This document shows positions 11,834 through 21,438 of a stretch of DNA of 32,000 nt, piece by piece. A program made the translations under genes and the position numbers. The first letter of the stretch is position 1. Every line of letters begins with the position of its first letter. Under the pieces are notes generated by a model, which saw only the letters and a program-made list of their open reading frames with translations, was not told the origin of the DNA and ran no database searches. The stretch lies in NCBI RefSeq assembly GCF_003324675.1, contig NZ_CP030918.1, positions 1,800,001 through 1,832,000 of the forward strand. Reading direction: 5' to 3'. This DNA comes from Paracoccus suum (GTDB lineage Bacteria; Pseudomonadota; Alphaproteobacteria; Rhodobacterales; Rhodobacteraceae).

Positions 11834-11854
11834 GTTCGCGCATTGTTCCTGTTC
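11834..11854. promoter_or_regulatory. alphaproteobacterial LexA (SOS) box GTTC-N7-GTTC plus a third GTTC
   Basis: gttc gcgcatt gttc ct gttc, located 54-74 nt upstream of the recA ATG (11780). GTTC-N7-GTTC (GAAC-N7-GAAC in recA sense) is the LexA operator described for Rhodobacter and rhizobia. Confidence 0.6.
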
Positions 11855-12034
11855 CTATGCGACCATGCGTGGGTTTGACAAGGCCGCAATTAACCAACCC
11901 GGGGCCGAATATGGCCGCGAGAGGTTAACCAAAGGTTTATCCGGATCGGGTCAGCGCAGTTTACAGACCCGGCAGCGGAGGTTATTCGCGCCCTTCGGCC
12001 AAAATTCGGCTGATCGTGGAAGCTGGAATTCGCA

Positions 12035-12637
12035 ATGCTGATCTTTTTCGAACGCCGGCTGGTTTTCCTGGCAACGCCGAAAGCCGGCAGCAGCGCGGTC
12101 GAATCCGCGCTGGAACCGCTCGCCAGTGTCGCCGTGCAACGCCCAGCCACGCTGAAACACACTTCGGTCACCGAGTTCGAGCGGCATATCCGTCCCTGGC
12201 TGGAGGCCGCGGTCCCCGGCCGGCGTTTCACGACGGTAGCCCTGATGCGCGAGCCGGTCGACTGGCTGCGCAGCTGGTACCGCTTCCGCCTGCAGGACGA
12301 TCGCGAGGAGCCGGTCCACCAGATGGACGACATCGACTTTGCCGCCTTCGCCGAAAGCTGCACCGGCGATGCACCGCCGGACTATGCGCGCGTCGGTCGG
12401 CAGTCGGCCTTTCTTGTCGGCGGAACCGAGCGCGGGCCGCGGGTTGACCACATCTTCCGGTATGAGGACATCGAGGTCAGCTTCAAGCATTTCCTCGAGG
12501 ACCGGCTAGATTGCGTCATCAGTCTGCCGCGGGTCAACGTGCCACTGGCGACGGACACTACCTTGCCCGAGGCTATCGAGGCGCGGTTGCGCGGCGCGCT
12601 GTCGGCCGAGACCGCCCTTTACGATTCGCTGCAGTGA
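12035..12637 (+). CDS. sulfotransferase family-2-like protein (200 aa)
   Basis: 5'-PSB-like loop LVFLATPKAGSSAVESAL (residues 10-27) and 3'-PB-like ALMREPVDWLRSWYRF. The C-terminal IFRYEDIEVSFKHFL is typical of this family as I recall it. Confidence 0.65.
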   Translation: MLIFFERRLVFLATPKAGSSAVESALEPLASVAVQRPATLKHTSVTEFERHIRPWLEAAVPGRRFTTVALMREPVDWLRSWYRFRLQDDREEPVHQMDDIDFAAFAESCTGDAPPDYARVGRQSAFLVGGTERGPRVDHIFRYEDIEVSFKHFLEDRLDCVISLPRVNVPLATDTTLPEAIEARLRGALSAETALYDSLQ

Positions 12638-13722
12638 TCGGCGAAATGGCGCAGGATCGCGTCGAAGGTGGCGGCGCGCGTCGCCGGCACCTCCAGCAGC
12701 GCCTCGTGCCGCGCGCCGGGCAGCGTCATTAGCCGCGATTCCGGCCAACGGGTCGCGCCCGCGCGAATGGCAGGGGCGGAGACCACCATTTCCGCGCCCG
12801 AGAGGGTAATCAGCGCGGGCACATGCGGCGCCGGCATTCGCGCCAGGGCGCGGCATTCGGCGAGGGCCGCCCGCACCCAGTCATAGCTGGCCGCGCCCAG
12901 AACCAGGTCCGGCCAGGCCGCGGCCTCTCGCATCAGGCGGATATATTCGTCCAGATCGCTGGTCAGCGGGTTGCGCGAAAAGGCCATCTCCAGCACCGAG
13001 CCGACGCCGGGCACCGCGCGCGGTCCGCGCCCCGCGCGTCCGGCCGCGCGGGCAAGGCCAACGGCCATTCCCGCGCCGAGCGGATCGGGCAGGGGCCCGA
13101 AACGGATGCCCCACATCGGCGCCGAGAATGCCGCCGAGACCACCGGCAGACCGTCGGTCAGCGCGCGGAGCCCGATGCAGCCGCCCATCGAATGTGCCAG
13201 CAGGTGCCAGGGGCGGGGCAGGTCCAGCGCCTCGGCCGCGGCGCACATGGCCGCGACATCGCGTTGGTATTCGGCAAAATCGCCGACGTGCCCGATGGCG
13301 TGATCCTCGATCAGGCGGTCCGATGCCCCCTGACCGCGCCAGTCGATTGCCAGAACGGTCAATCCGGCGGCGGTAAGAACCCCGGCGATGGGGGCATATT
13401 TCTCGGCGTATTCCGTTCGGCCGGGAAATAGCAGGACGCTGCCGCAACCCGCATTGCAGGGCGGCAGCGCATCGGCGGACGCTGGGCCAGCTGTGGCCAG
13501 GCCCGCCAGCCATGCTGCCGCCACGTCCGGGCGGGCTTCCTCGGGCGACCATCGCGCGAGGCGCAGGCGGATGCCGTCCGATGCTTCGGCCCACCACGCT
13601 GTCGCCGCAGGCCAGGATGTGCCGGGTAACAGGCGGTAGGGCGCGCCGGCCAAAGGCACGGTCTCGCGGGCGACGGGTCCGCCGCCGCCCTCAGCAAAGC
13701 CGGACTGTCCGCCCGCGCGCAT
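12619..13722 (-). CDS. alpha/beta-fold hydrolase (lysophospholipase / monoacylglycerol-lipase-like)
   Basis: VLLFPGRTEYAEKY...IDWRGQGAS...nucleophile elbow LLAHSMGGC...LTLPGARHEALLE. The exact start is uncertain; ATG at 13722 sits 6 nt after the SCP2 stop. Confidence 0.7.
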   Translation of the reverse strand: MRAGGQSGFAEGGGGPVARETVPLAGAPYRLLPGTSWPAATAWWAEASDGIRLRLARWSPEEARPDVAAAWLAGLATAGPASADALPPCNAGCGSVLLFPGRTEYAEKYAPIAGVLTAAGLTVLAIDWRGQGASDRLIEDHAIGHVGDFAEYQRDVAAMCAAAEALDLPRPWHLLAHSMGGCIGLRALTDGLPVVSAAFSAPMWGIRFGPLPDPLGAGMAVGLARAAGRAGRGPRAVPGVGSVLEMAFSRNPLTSDLDEYIRLMREAAAWPDLVLGAASYDWVRAALAECRALARMPAPHVPALITLSGAEMVVSAPAIRAGATRWPESRLMTLPGARHEALLEVPATRAATFDAILRHFADHCSES

Positions 13723-13728
13723 TGCAGT

Positions 13729-14013
13729 TCAGCTGAGCGCGCTGCCCAGGCGCATGGCCGCGCCCATGTCACCGTCGACCGTCAGCTTGCCGGTCATGAA
13801 GGCGCTGGTCGGATTGACGGAGCCGTCGAGGATACCCTCGAACGTCTCGCGGTTGGCGGTCATGGTCACGTCGGCGGGCTCGTCCCCGGCGCGCGCGCCG
13901 CTGGAGTCGAGCATGATCGCGCCTTCACCCTCGATCACGAACTTTGCCAGCCCGTCAAAGCCCGACATCTTGGAATTCAGTGCCTCGACCGCACCGGTGA
14001 TCACATCGCTCAT
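13729..14013 (-). CDS. SCP2 sterol/lipid-carrier domain protein
   Basis: MSDVITGAVEALNSKMSGFDGLAKFVIEGEGAIMLD...TFEGILDGSVNPTSAFMTGKLTVDGDMGAAMRL is a canonical SCP2 C-terminal motif. ATG at 14013 is preceded by GGAGGG. Confidence 0.7.
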   Translation of the reverse strand: MSDVITGAVEALNSKMSGFDGLAKFVIEGEGAIMLDSSGARAGDEPADVTMTANRETFEGILDGSVNPTSAFMTGKLTVDGDMGAAMRLGSALS

Positions 14014-14079
14014 CAAACCCTCCGCTTGTGGCTGTCTTGCCCGCTGGCGCATGGCCCATGCAGGCGCTAGAACAGGAAT

Positions 14080-14712
14080 ATGACCTTATGGGCGGCCCTT
14101 ATCCACCCTGCCGTCGCGGCATTTAGCATGGCAATCCTTACCATAGGGTTTACGCCGCTGGTTGCTGCGCAATCCGCGCCCCCGCGGGCGGAAACCGCCC
14201 CCGCGACCCAAGCCGCTCCGACCTCTGCCGCCGATCTGGATCGCCTGTTTGCCGAGCTTGCGATGCCCTCAGCCGAGGGCGACGACAGCTGGCGCCGCGC
14301 GCAAAGCGATATCCTGCGCATCTGGTCGCAGTCCGGCTCGGCCGCTATGGACCTGTTGCACCGGCGCGGGGTCGCGGCGCTGGACGAGGGGGACGCCGTC
14401 ACCGCCATCGGCCATCTGACCGCGCTGGTCGATCACGCCCCCGATTTTGCCACCGGCTATGTCGATCGCGCCGCCGCCTACGCTGCGCATGGCGATTTCG
14501 GTCCCGCCGCCGCGGACCTCGCCCAGGCCCTGACGTTGGAGCCGCGGCAGTTCACGGCGCTGACCCAGCTGGGCGCCATGCTCGAGGACATGGGCGATCT
14601 GCCCCGAGCGCTGGCGGCCTTTCAGGCCAGCCTCAAGATCAACCCGCATCAACCCGAGGCCATTGACGCGGTTGCGCGCCTGCAGCAGGCGATGGACGGG
14701 ATCGCACTTTGA
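14080..14712 (+). CDS. periplasmic TPR-repeat protein
   Basis: Signal-like N-terminus (AILTIGFTPLVAAQSAPP) followed by TPR-like helices (AIGHLTALVDHAPDFATGYVDRAAAYAAHGDFGPAAADLAQALTLEPRQFTALTQLGAMLEDMGDLPRALAAFQASLKINP). An alternative start exists at ATG 14128. Confidence 0.65.
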   Translation: MTLWAALIHPAVAAFSMAILTIGFTPLVAAQSAPPRAETAPATQAAPTSAADLDRLFAELAMPSAEGDDSWRRAQSDILRIWSQSGSAAMDLLHRRGVAALDEGDAVTAIGHLTALVDHAPDFATGYVDRAAAYAAHGDFGPAAADLAQALTLEPRQFTALTQLGAMLEDMGDLPRALAAFQASLKINPHQPEAIDAVARLQQAMDGIAL

Positions 14713-14722
14713 AAGGCCAGCC

Positions 14723-17700
14723 ATGGCGCGCGTGACGGCCGTTCTGGGGCCGACCAATACCGGCAAGACGCATTACGCGATCGAGCGGATGCTGGCGCAT
14801 CGCAGCGGCGTCATCGGCCTGCCGCTGCGGCTGCTGGCGCGAGAGGTCTATGACCGGATCGTGCGTGCCCGGGGCCCCTCGGTCGTGGCCCTGATCACCG
14901 GCGAGGAGCGGATCGTCGGCGAGCGCGCCCAGTACTGGGTAGCGACCACCGAGGCGATGCCAGACATCGCCGCCGATTTCGTCGCCATCGACGAGATCCA
15001 GCTGGCCGCCGACCCCGAGCGCGGCCATGTCTTTACCGACCGCCTGCTGCACGCCCGCGGCGCGCATGAGACGTTGCTGCTCGGCAGCAGCACCATGCGC
15101 CCGGCGATTGCCGCGCTGATCCCCGACGTCACCTTCATGCGCCGCGAGCGGTTCAGCACGCTCAGCTGGGCGGGGTCGAAAAAGCTCAGCCGGATGCCGG
15201 CCCGCAGCGCGATCGTCGGGTTTTCTGTCGATGACGTCTATGCCATGGCCGAGTTGATCCGCCGCCAGAAGGGCGGCTGCGCCGTGGTCATGGGCGCGCT
15301 GTCACCCCGCACCCGCAATGCCCAGGTGGCGATGTACCAGGCGGGCGAGGTCGACTATCTGGTCGCGACCGACGCCATCGGCATGGGCCTGAACCTCGAC
15401 ATCCACCACGTCGCCTTCTCCAGCACGCACAAGTTCGACGGCCGGCGCATGCGTCCGCTGTTCCCGCACGAGTTGGGCCAGATCGCAGGTCGCGCCGGGC
15501 GCCACACGGAGCCAGGCACCTTCGGCGTCACCGGCGAGGCCGAGCCGCTGGAGGAGGGGCTGATCGACGCGATCGAGAACCACCGCTTTGCCCCTATCAG
15601 CCGCCTGATGTGGCGCAACCCGCGGCCCGAGTTCGGCACGCTGGACCGGCTGGTCGAAAGCCTGGAGGTGCCGGCGCCCTCGCCCTGGTTGCAGCGCGGG
15701 CGCGAGGCGGACGATCTCGGCGCGCTCAAGGCGCTGCGCGACATGCCCGAGATGCGCGACCGGGTGACCGGGCCCAAGGATGTGCGGCTGCTCTGGGATG
15801 TCTGCCGCGTGCCCGATTTTCGCGGCATCTCGCCGGCCGAGCACACAACTTTGCTGACAAGGCTGTTCGGTTTCCTGCAGGATGGCGGTGTGCCGGGCGA
15901 CTGGCTGGCGCGCCAGGTAGCGCGGATCGACAAGACCGGCGGTGATATCGACGCGCTGTCCAAGCGCCTCGCCTATATCCGCACCTGGACCTATGTCGCC
16001 CAGCGCACCGGCTGGGTGCAGGACGAAGCCCATTGGCGGGGAGAGACCCGCGCGGTAGAAGATCGCCTGTCAGACGCCCTTCACGCGGCGTTGACGCAGC
16101 GATTCGTGGACCGGCGCACCTCAGTGCTGCTGCGCCGGTTGAAGCAGAAGGAGAGCCTGGTGGCTGAGGTAAACGACAAGGGCGAGGTTACGGTCGAGGG
16201 CGAATTCGCCGGCCGGCTGGAAGGATTCCGCTTCCGCACCGACCCCGCAGCCACGGGCGACGAGGCCAAGATGCTGACCCGCGCGTCCTACGAGGCGCTG
16301 CGGCCAGAATTTCATCTGCGGGCCGACCGCTTTTACAACGCCCCCGACACGGAGCTGGACCTGACCGAGCAGGGTGGCCTGATGTGGGGCAATTCCGCGG
16401 TCGGCAAGCTGGTCAAGGGCGCCGATCCGCTGAAGCCGCAGGTCGAGCCCTTCGTCGACGAGGAGGCCGGCCCCGAAGTCGCCGAAAAGCTGCGCCGGCG
16501 CCTGCAGCATTTCATCGACCGCCGCATCGCGACCCAGTTCGAGCCGCTGACGGCGCTTGCCAATGACGAGACGCTGACGGGCCTCGCGCGAGGTTTCGCT
16601 TTTCGTCTGGTCGAGGCGATGGGCGTGCTGCCGCGCGAGGGCGTGGCCAGTGACGTCAAGGAACTGGACCAGGAATCGCGCAGCGCCCTGCGCAAGCACG
16701 GCGTGCGCTTCGGCCAGTTCACCATCTTCCAGCCTGCGCTGCTAAAGCCCGCGCCGACGCGGCTTCGGCTGGTGCTGTGGGGGCTGGCGAACGATCTGGA
16801 CACCTTCCCCGAGAGCCCGCCCCCTGGGCTGGTCACGATCCCGAACCTGCCCGAGGTTCCGCGCCAGCACTACACGCTTGCTGGCTACCACCCGGCCGGC
16901 GATCGCGCGATCCGCATCGATATGCTCGAGCGGCTGGCCGACATGGTCCGGCAAAAGGACAGCCGTGCTGGCTTTGAAGCTGCGCCCGAGATGCTGTCGA
17001 TCACTGGCATGACGCTGGACCAGTTCGCCGGGCTGATGGGCGGCCTCGGCTATGCAGCGGCCAAGGGCGAGCGGCCGAAGGCCAGCAAGTCCGTCGCCGC
17101 GCCGGCCCCCGCGCCCGAGCCGGAGGCCGCGCCGGATGCCGAGGCGCAGCCCACGTCCGACGCGCCGATGACCGAGGAAGAAAGCGTCCTCGCTGCCGAG
17201 ACGCGCGTGCGCTGGGAGGCCGAGCAGGCCGCCCGCCGCGAGGCCGACGCCGCCGCAGAGGCGGCGCGTCAGGCCGAGGCGGATGCTGCGACGGCGGCGA
17301 CGCCGGCTGAGGGCGAAGCCTCGGCCGAAGCAGGCGAGACCGCGCCCGCGACCGAAGCTGCCGCTGGTGAGGAGGTTTCCGACAGCGGCGAGACTCCGGT
17401 CGAGACCGAGGTTTTCTACACCTTCACCTGGGCGCCGAAGCCCCGCCACACCTCAAACCGCCGCCCGCAGGGGCAGGACGGGCAACGCAATGCTGGTCCG
17501 CGGCGTCCGCGCCAAGGCCAATTCCCAAGCCAAGGCCAGCAGCAGCCCGCTGACGCTTCCGTTGCACCGGCCGACGGGCAGCCCGCGCAACAGCGCCGCG
17601 AAGGCGGGGACAAGCCCCGCCGCGATGGTCAGGACCACCGCGGCCCCCGCAAGGACGGACGGGGCAAAGGTGGCCCGCGCGACGGCGATCGGGGCGGTGA

Positions 17701-17857
17701 TCGCAGCGGCGGCAAGCCGGACTGGAAGGGTGGCAAGGACCGCGCCCTGCGCGAGGACCGCGCCAAGACCTACACCGCCCGGCCGCCGCGCGCTGAAAAG
17801 CCGGTCGACCCCGACAGCCCGTTCGCGATCCTGGCGGCACTGAAAAACCGCGAGTGA
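14723..17857 (+). CDS. SUV3-like superfamily-2 (putative RNA) helicase with long low-complexity C-terminal tail
   Basis: MARVTAVLGPTNTGKTHYAIERM contains Walker A. Also present are DEIQ (motif II), ATDAIGMGLNLDI and QIAGRAGR (motif VI), matching the SUV3/SUPV3L1 pattern. From about 17060 the tail is first Ala/Glu-rich, then Arg/Gly/Gln/Asp-rich. ATG 14723 was chosen within track ORF 14663..17857. Confidence 0.8.
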   Translation: MARVTAVLGPTNTGKTHYAIERMLAHRSGVIGLPLRLLAREVYDRIVRARGPSVVALITGEERIVGERAQYWVATTEAMPDIAADFVAIDEIQLAADPERGHVFTDRLLHARGAHETLLLGSSTMRPAIAALIPDVTFMRRERFSTLSWAGSKKLSRMPARSAIVGFSVDDVYAMAELIRRQKGGCAVVMGALSPRTRNAQVAMYQAGEVDYLVATDAIGMGLNLDIHHVAFSSTHKFDGRRMRPLFPHELGQIAGRAGRHTEPGTFGVTGEAEPLEEGLIDAIENHRFAPISRLMWRNPRPEFGTLDRLVESLEVPAPSPWLQRGREADDLGALKALRDMPEMRDRVTGPKDVRLLWDVCRVPDFRGISPAEHTTLLTRLFGFLQDGGVPGDWLARQVARIDKTGGDIDALSKRLAYIRTWTYVAQRTGWVQDEAHWRGETRAVEDRLSDALHAALTQRFVDRRTSVLLRRLKQKESLVAEVNDKGEVTVEGEFAGRLEGFRFRTDPAATGDEAKMLTRASYEALRPEFHLRADRFYNAPDTELDLTEQGGLMWGNSAVGKLVKGADPLKPQVEPFVDEEAGPEVAEKLRRRLQHFIDRRIATQFEPLTALANDETLTGLARGFAFRLVEAMGVLPREGVASDVKELDQESRSALRKHGVRFGQFTIFQPALLKPAPTRLRLVLWGLANDLDTFPESPPPGLVTIPNLPEVPRQHYTLAGYHPAGDRAIRIDMLERLADMVRQKDSRAGFEAAPEMLSITGMTLDQFAGLMGGLGYAAAKGERPKASKSVAAPAPAPEPEAAPDAEAQPTSDAPMTEEESVLAAETRVRWEAEQAARREADAAAEAARQAEADAATAATPAEGEASAEAGETAPATEAAAGEEVSDSGETPVETEVFYTFTWAPKPRHTSNRRPQGQDGQRNAGPRRPRQGQFPSQGQQQPADASVAPADGQPAQQRREGGDKPRRDGQDHRGPRKDGRGKGGPRDGDRGGDRSGGKPDWKGGKDRALREDRAKTYTARPPRAEKPVDPDSPFAILAALKNRE

Positions 17858-18159
17858 ACGGCGGCCCGCATAGCGCGGACCATGGCGATGGGCCCGGCGG
17901 GCGCATTCGCCTTGATCGTTGGTTGTTCCACGTCCGGGCCTTCAAGACCCGCACCCTTGCCGCCGACCGGATTGCCGGCGGCGGCATTCGCGTCAATGGC
18001 ACCCCCTGCGGCAAGCCGGCCCACTTGGTGGGCCCCGGGGACGTGGTGACCATCGGCAGCGCGGCCCGGGTCAGGGTCCTGCGCTTTCTCGCCCCGGGCG
18101 AGCGGCGCGGACCCCCCGACGAGGCGAATCTGCTTTACGAAGATTTGTCAGAAGGTTAG
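17854..18159 (+). CDS. S4-domain RNA-binding protein (Hsp15/HslR-like)
   Basis: IRLDRWLFHVRAFKTRTLAADRIAGGGIRVNGTPCGKPAHLVGPGDVVTI is an S4 fold signature. The GTG start overlaps the helicase TGA stop (GTGA). Confidence 0.75.
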   Translation: MNGGPHSADHGDGPGGRIRLDRWLFHVRAFKTRTLAADRIAGGGIRVNGTPCGKPAHLVGPGDVVTIGSAARVRVLRFLAPGERRGPPDEANLLYEDLSEG

Positions 18160-18269
18160 GCGAATAACATTACGTCTTTCCGCGGGTCTGACGGCGCAGT
18201 CCCTCCTGCGTGACGTTGACGCCCGCCCGCGCCTCTGGCACTTCCCGCGGGATCCCGAGGATGGACAAG

Positions 18270-20015
18270 ATGAATCTGTTTGCCGATCTGCGCGCCGTCG
18301 CCATCGCCGCGCTCGATGCCATGACGGCTGAGGGCGCGCTGCCGGCCGGCCTCGATTTTGCCGCGGTGACGGTCGAGCCGCCCCGCGATCCCGCGCATGG
18401 CGACATGGCCACCAACGCCGCCATGGTGCTTGCCAAGCCCGCGGGCATGAAGCCGCGCGACATCGCCGAGGCGCTCGCCACCCATCTGCGCAAGGATCCC
18501 CGCATCACCGCGGCCGAGGTCGCAGGGCCCGGCTTTCTGAACCTGCGCCTCAGCACCGAGGTCTGGCAGGAGGTGGTTCGCGCCGCGCTGGGCGAGGGGG
18601 CTGATTTCGGTCGCTCGACCCTCGGCGCGGGCGAGAAGGTGAATATCGAATTCGTCAGCGCCAACCCGACCGGCCCGATGCATGTCGGCCATGCCCGCGG
18701 CGCGGTGTTCGGCGACGCGCTGGCCCGGCTGCTGGCCTTCGCCGGCTATGACGTCACGCGCGAATACTACATTAACGACGGCGGCGCGCAGGTCGATGTC
18801 CTCGCCCGCTCAGCCTACGAACGCTACCGCGAAGCCAACGGGCTGGAGCCCGAGATCGCCGAGGGCCTCTATCCCGGTGATTACCTGATCCCGGTCGGCC
18901 AGGCCCTGAAAGAGCGTTATGGCGATAAGCTGCTGAACCGTCCCGAGGCCGAATGGCTGGCCGAGGTCCGCGAATTCGCGACCGAAGCGATGATGGGGAT
19001 GATTCGCGACGATCTGGCCGCGCTCGGCGTGCAGATGGACGTCTACTCCTCTGAGAAGGCGCTGTATGGCACCGGCCGGATTGAGACCGCCATCGAGCGG
19101 CTGCGCAGCGCCGGCCTGATCTACGAGGGCACGCTGGAGCCGCCGAAGGGCAAGACCCTCGACGATTGGGAGCCGCGTCAGCAGACCCTGTTCCGCAGCA
19201 CCGCGCATGGCGATGACGTGGACCGGCCGGTCAAGAAATCCGATGGCGCCTGGACGTATTTCGCGCCCGACATCGCTTACCACTGGGACAAGATCGACCG
19301 CGGCTTTGACCGGCTGATTGATATTTTCGGCGCCGACCACGGCGGCTATGTCAAGCGGATGAACGCCGCCGTCAGCGCGCTGTCCAACGGCCGGGTGCCG
19401 CTGGACATCAAGCTCATTCAGTTGGTCAAGCTTTGGCAGAACGGCGAGCCGTTCAAGATGTCCAAGCGCGCCGGCACCTTCATCACCTTGCGCGATCTGA
19501 TCGACCAGGCCGGCGCAGACGTGACCCGGTTCCACATGCTGACACGCAAGAACGACGCGGCGCTGGATTTCGACTTTGCCAAGGTGCTTGAGCAGTCCAA
19601 GGAAAACCCGGTCTGGTACGTGCAATACGCCAATGCTCGCATCAGCTCGGTTCTGACCAAGGCGGCCGAGGCGGGAGTCGACGTCAGCGATGCGGCCCTC
19701 GCCGGAGCCAACCTCAGCCGGCTGTCGCACCCGGCCGAGATTGACCTGATGACCAAGCTGGCCGAATGGCCCCGTACGGTCGAGATCGCGGCCCGCGCGA
19801 ACGAGCCGCATCGGGTGGCCTTCTACCTTTATGATCTGGCCGGCGCCCTCCACGGGCTGTGGAACCGCGGCCATGACGATTCCACGCTGCGCTTCGTCCA
19901 CGATGGCGACAATGCCACAACGGCGGCGAAAATCGCCCTGGCTCGCGCGGTGGGCGTTGCGATCGCGGCCGGTCTTGGTATCCTTGGCGTGACCCCTGTC
20001 CGCGAGATGCGCTGA
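18270..20015 (+). CDS. argS: arginine--tRNA ligase
   Basis: [12 protein letters not shown]...[18 protein letters not shown] (HIGH motif)...FKMSKRAG (KMSK motif)...[15 protein letters not shown] 18270 was chosen; GAGG lies 9 nt upstream. Confidence 0.95.
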   Translation: MNLFADLRAVAIAALDAMTAEGALPAGLDFAAVTVEPPRDPAHGDMATNAAMVLAKPAGMKPRDIAEALATHLRKDPRITAAEVAGPGFLNLRLSTEVWQEVVRAALGEGADFGRSTLGAGEKVNIEFVSANPTGPMHVGHARGAVFGDALARLLAFAGYDVTREYYINDGGAQVDVLARSAYERYREANGLEPEIAEGLYPGDYLIPVGQALKERYGDKLLNRPEAEWLAEVREFATEAMMGMIRDDLAALGVQMDVYSSEKALYGTGRIETAIERLRSAGLIYEGTLEPPKGKTLDDWEPRQQTLFRSTAHGDDVDRPVKKSDGAWTYFAPDIAYHWDKIDRGFDRLIDIFGADHGGYVKRMNAAVSALSNGRVPLDIKLIQLVKLWQNGEPFKMSKRAGTFITLRDLIDQAGADVTRFHMLTRKNDAALDFDFAKVLEQSKENPVWYVQYANARISSVLTKAAEAGVDVSDAALAGANLSRLSHPAEIDLMTKLAEWPRTVEIAARANEPHRVAFYLYDLAGALHGLWNRGHDDSTLRFVHDGDNATTAAKIALARAVGVAIAAGLGILGVTPVREMR

Positions 20016-20088
20016 GCAACAGCGTCAAGGCCAGGGCGAACGAGCAGTCCACGAAAAGCCGGGTCAACCGGAACAGGCAGGCAGTGAG

Positions 20089-21339
20089 ATGACGACAGCA
20101 GATTTCCGCCTCGGCGGGTTTGATGACGGCTATCCGGGGCAGGGACATTCCCGCCATCGGGGCTATGACTACGATCATACCGAGCCTGCAATGGACCACG
20201 GCTGGGACGACCCGGCCCGTTATTCTACCGATGCCGAGGGCGATGTGCGCGCCGCGCGGGACGGCATGGCCGCGCGAATCGCGCGGCTGCTGAACTATGT
20301 GGGTGCACTCGTCTCGGTCGCGCTGATGGTCGGGCTGCTGGTCTGGGGCTATCGCCTGGTCACGCGCGATGTCTCGGGCGTGCCGGTGATCCGGGCCCTG
20401 CAGGGCGAGGCCCGCGTCGCCCCCGAGGAGCCGGGCGGCGAGATGACCAAGGGCACCGGCCTTGCGGTCAATGCGATTGCCGCCGGCGAGGGCATAGGCC
20501 GCGTCGGCAAGGTCGAGATTGCGCCGCAGGCCGCGGGCCTTGCGCCCGAGGACGCTGCCATGGGCACCTTCGGCGCCACCGCCCGGACCCCGGGCGCGCT
20601 GGCCGAGGTTGCCCCGACCCAGGCTGCCGCCACTGTCATCGCGCAGAGCGACGCCGAAGCTCGCGCCGCCCGCGAGGCCGAGGCGACCCGCCTCGCCGCC
20701 GAGCAGGAGGCCGCGGCCCAGGCTCAGGCCCTCGCCGCTGTGGCAAGCCTGCCTGAGACGACGGACGAGCCGGCCGCCGATGCAGCGGTCGACAGTGCCG
20801 TTACCGACCTCGCCGGCGCCCCTGCTCAGACCGATGCGATCACCAATGCGCTGGCAGAGGCCGCCGCCCCGGCCGTCGCCGAGGGTCCGCGCCCGCAGCC
20901 GCGCCCGCAGCGTCGCATCGCGGCAGCCGAGCCCACCGCGCAGCCCGCGCCCGAGGCGGAGCCAATTGCCGCGACCGTAACCGAAGCCCCGGCCGAACGT
21001 GCCGCGGCGGCCGAAAAACCGGCCGACAAGCCGGTCGAGAAAACGGCAGAGAACTCTCCTGAGAAACCCGCCGCGGCGGCCAAGGCGTCGGGCAAGACCG
21101 TAGTCCAGATCGGTGCCTTCGACAGCGACAAGCTGGCGCGCGGCGAATGGGCCCGCGTCGCCGGCAAGAACGGCGGCCTGTTCGCCGGCAAGGATCAGGT
21201 TGTCCAGAAGACCGAGCGGAACGGGCGCACCTTCTGGCGCCTGCGCGTTGCCGGCTTTGGCGACCGCGACGAGGCGCGCGCCTTTTGCGCGCAGCTGAAA
21301 TCGGCGGGCACCGACTGTATCCCGACCGCCTCGAACTGA
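20089..21339 (+). CDS. SPOR-domain membrane protein (septal peptidoglycan-binding type)
   Basis: Single TM segment (LLNYVGALVSVALMVGLLVWGY), a long Ala/Glu/Pro low-complexity linker, and a C-terminal SPOR-like domain: KTVVQIGAFDSDKLARGEWARV...RTFWRLRVAGFGDRDEARAFCAQLKSAGTDC. Confidence 0.8.
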   Translation: MTTADFRLGGFDDGYPGQGHSRHRGYDYDHTEPAMDHGWDDPARYSTDAEGDVRAARDGMAARIARLLNYVGALVSVALMVGLLVWGYRLVTRDVSGVPVIRALQGEARVAPEEPGGEMTKGTGLAVNAIAAGEGIGRVGKVEIAPQAAGLAPEDAAMGTFGATARTPGALAEVAPTQAAATVIAQSDAEARAAREAEATRLAAEQEAAAQAQALAAVASLPETTDEPAADAAVDSAVTDLAGAPAQTDAITNALAEAAAPAVAEGPRPQPRPQRRIAAAEPTAQPAPEAEPIAATVTEAPAERAAAAEKPADKPVEKTAENSPEKPAAAAKASGKTVVQIGAFDSDKLARGEWARVAGKNGGLFAGKDQVVQKTERNGRTFWRLRVAGFGDRDEARAFCAQLKSAGTDCIPTASN

Positions 21340-21438
21340 GCGCATTGCCCGGCGCGGGTTAGCCTGCTGCCGGGCCGGTTACGGGCGGGCGGCATCGTCC
21401 GCCCCGATTCTTTCATCAGCTCTGCCAAAGGCGCGGCC

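Noticed and set aside
11925-11939. CtrA-box-like TTAA-N7-TTTA (TTAACCAAAGGTTTA) upstream of the sulfotransferase gene
   Set aside because: The second half-site deviates from TTAA, and there is only one occurrence. I cannot separate it from chance in an AT-richer spacer.
7565-12041. Plus-strand ORFs 7565..8764, 9316..10332 and 10674..12041 (399, 338 and 455 aa)
   Set aside because: They are exact antisense partners of icd, trpB and recA, which are certain calls. Their composition is dominated by repetitive Asp/Leu/Val/Ala/Gly/Arg.
18236-18252. Sigma-54-like TGGCAC upstream of argS
   Set aside because: The -12 element is missing: cgcgg occupies the position where TTGC is expected. A housekeeping tRNA ligase is also an unlikely RpoN target.
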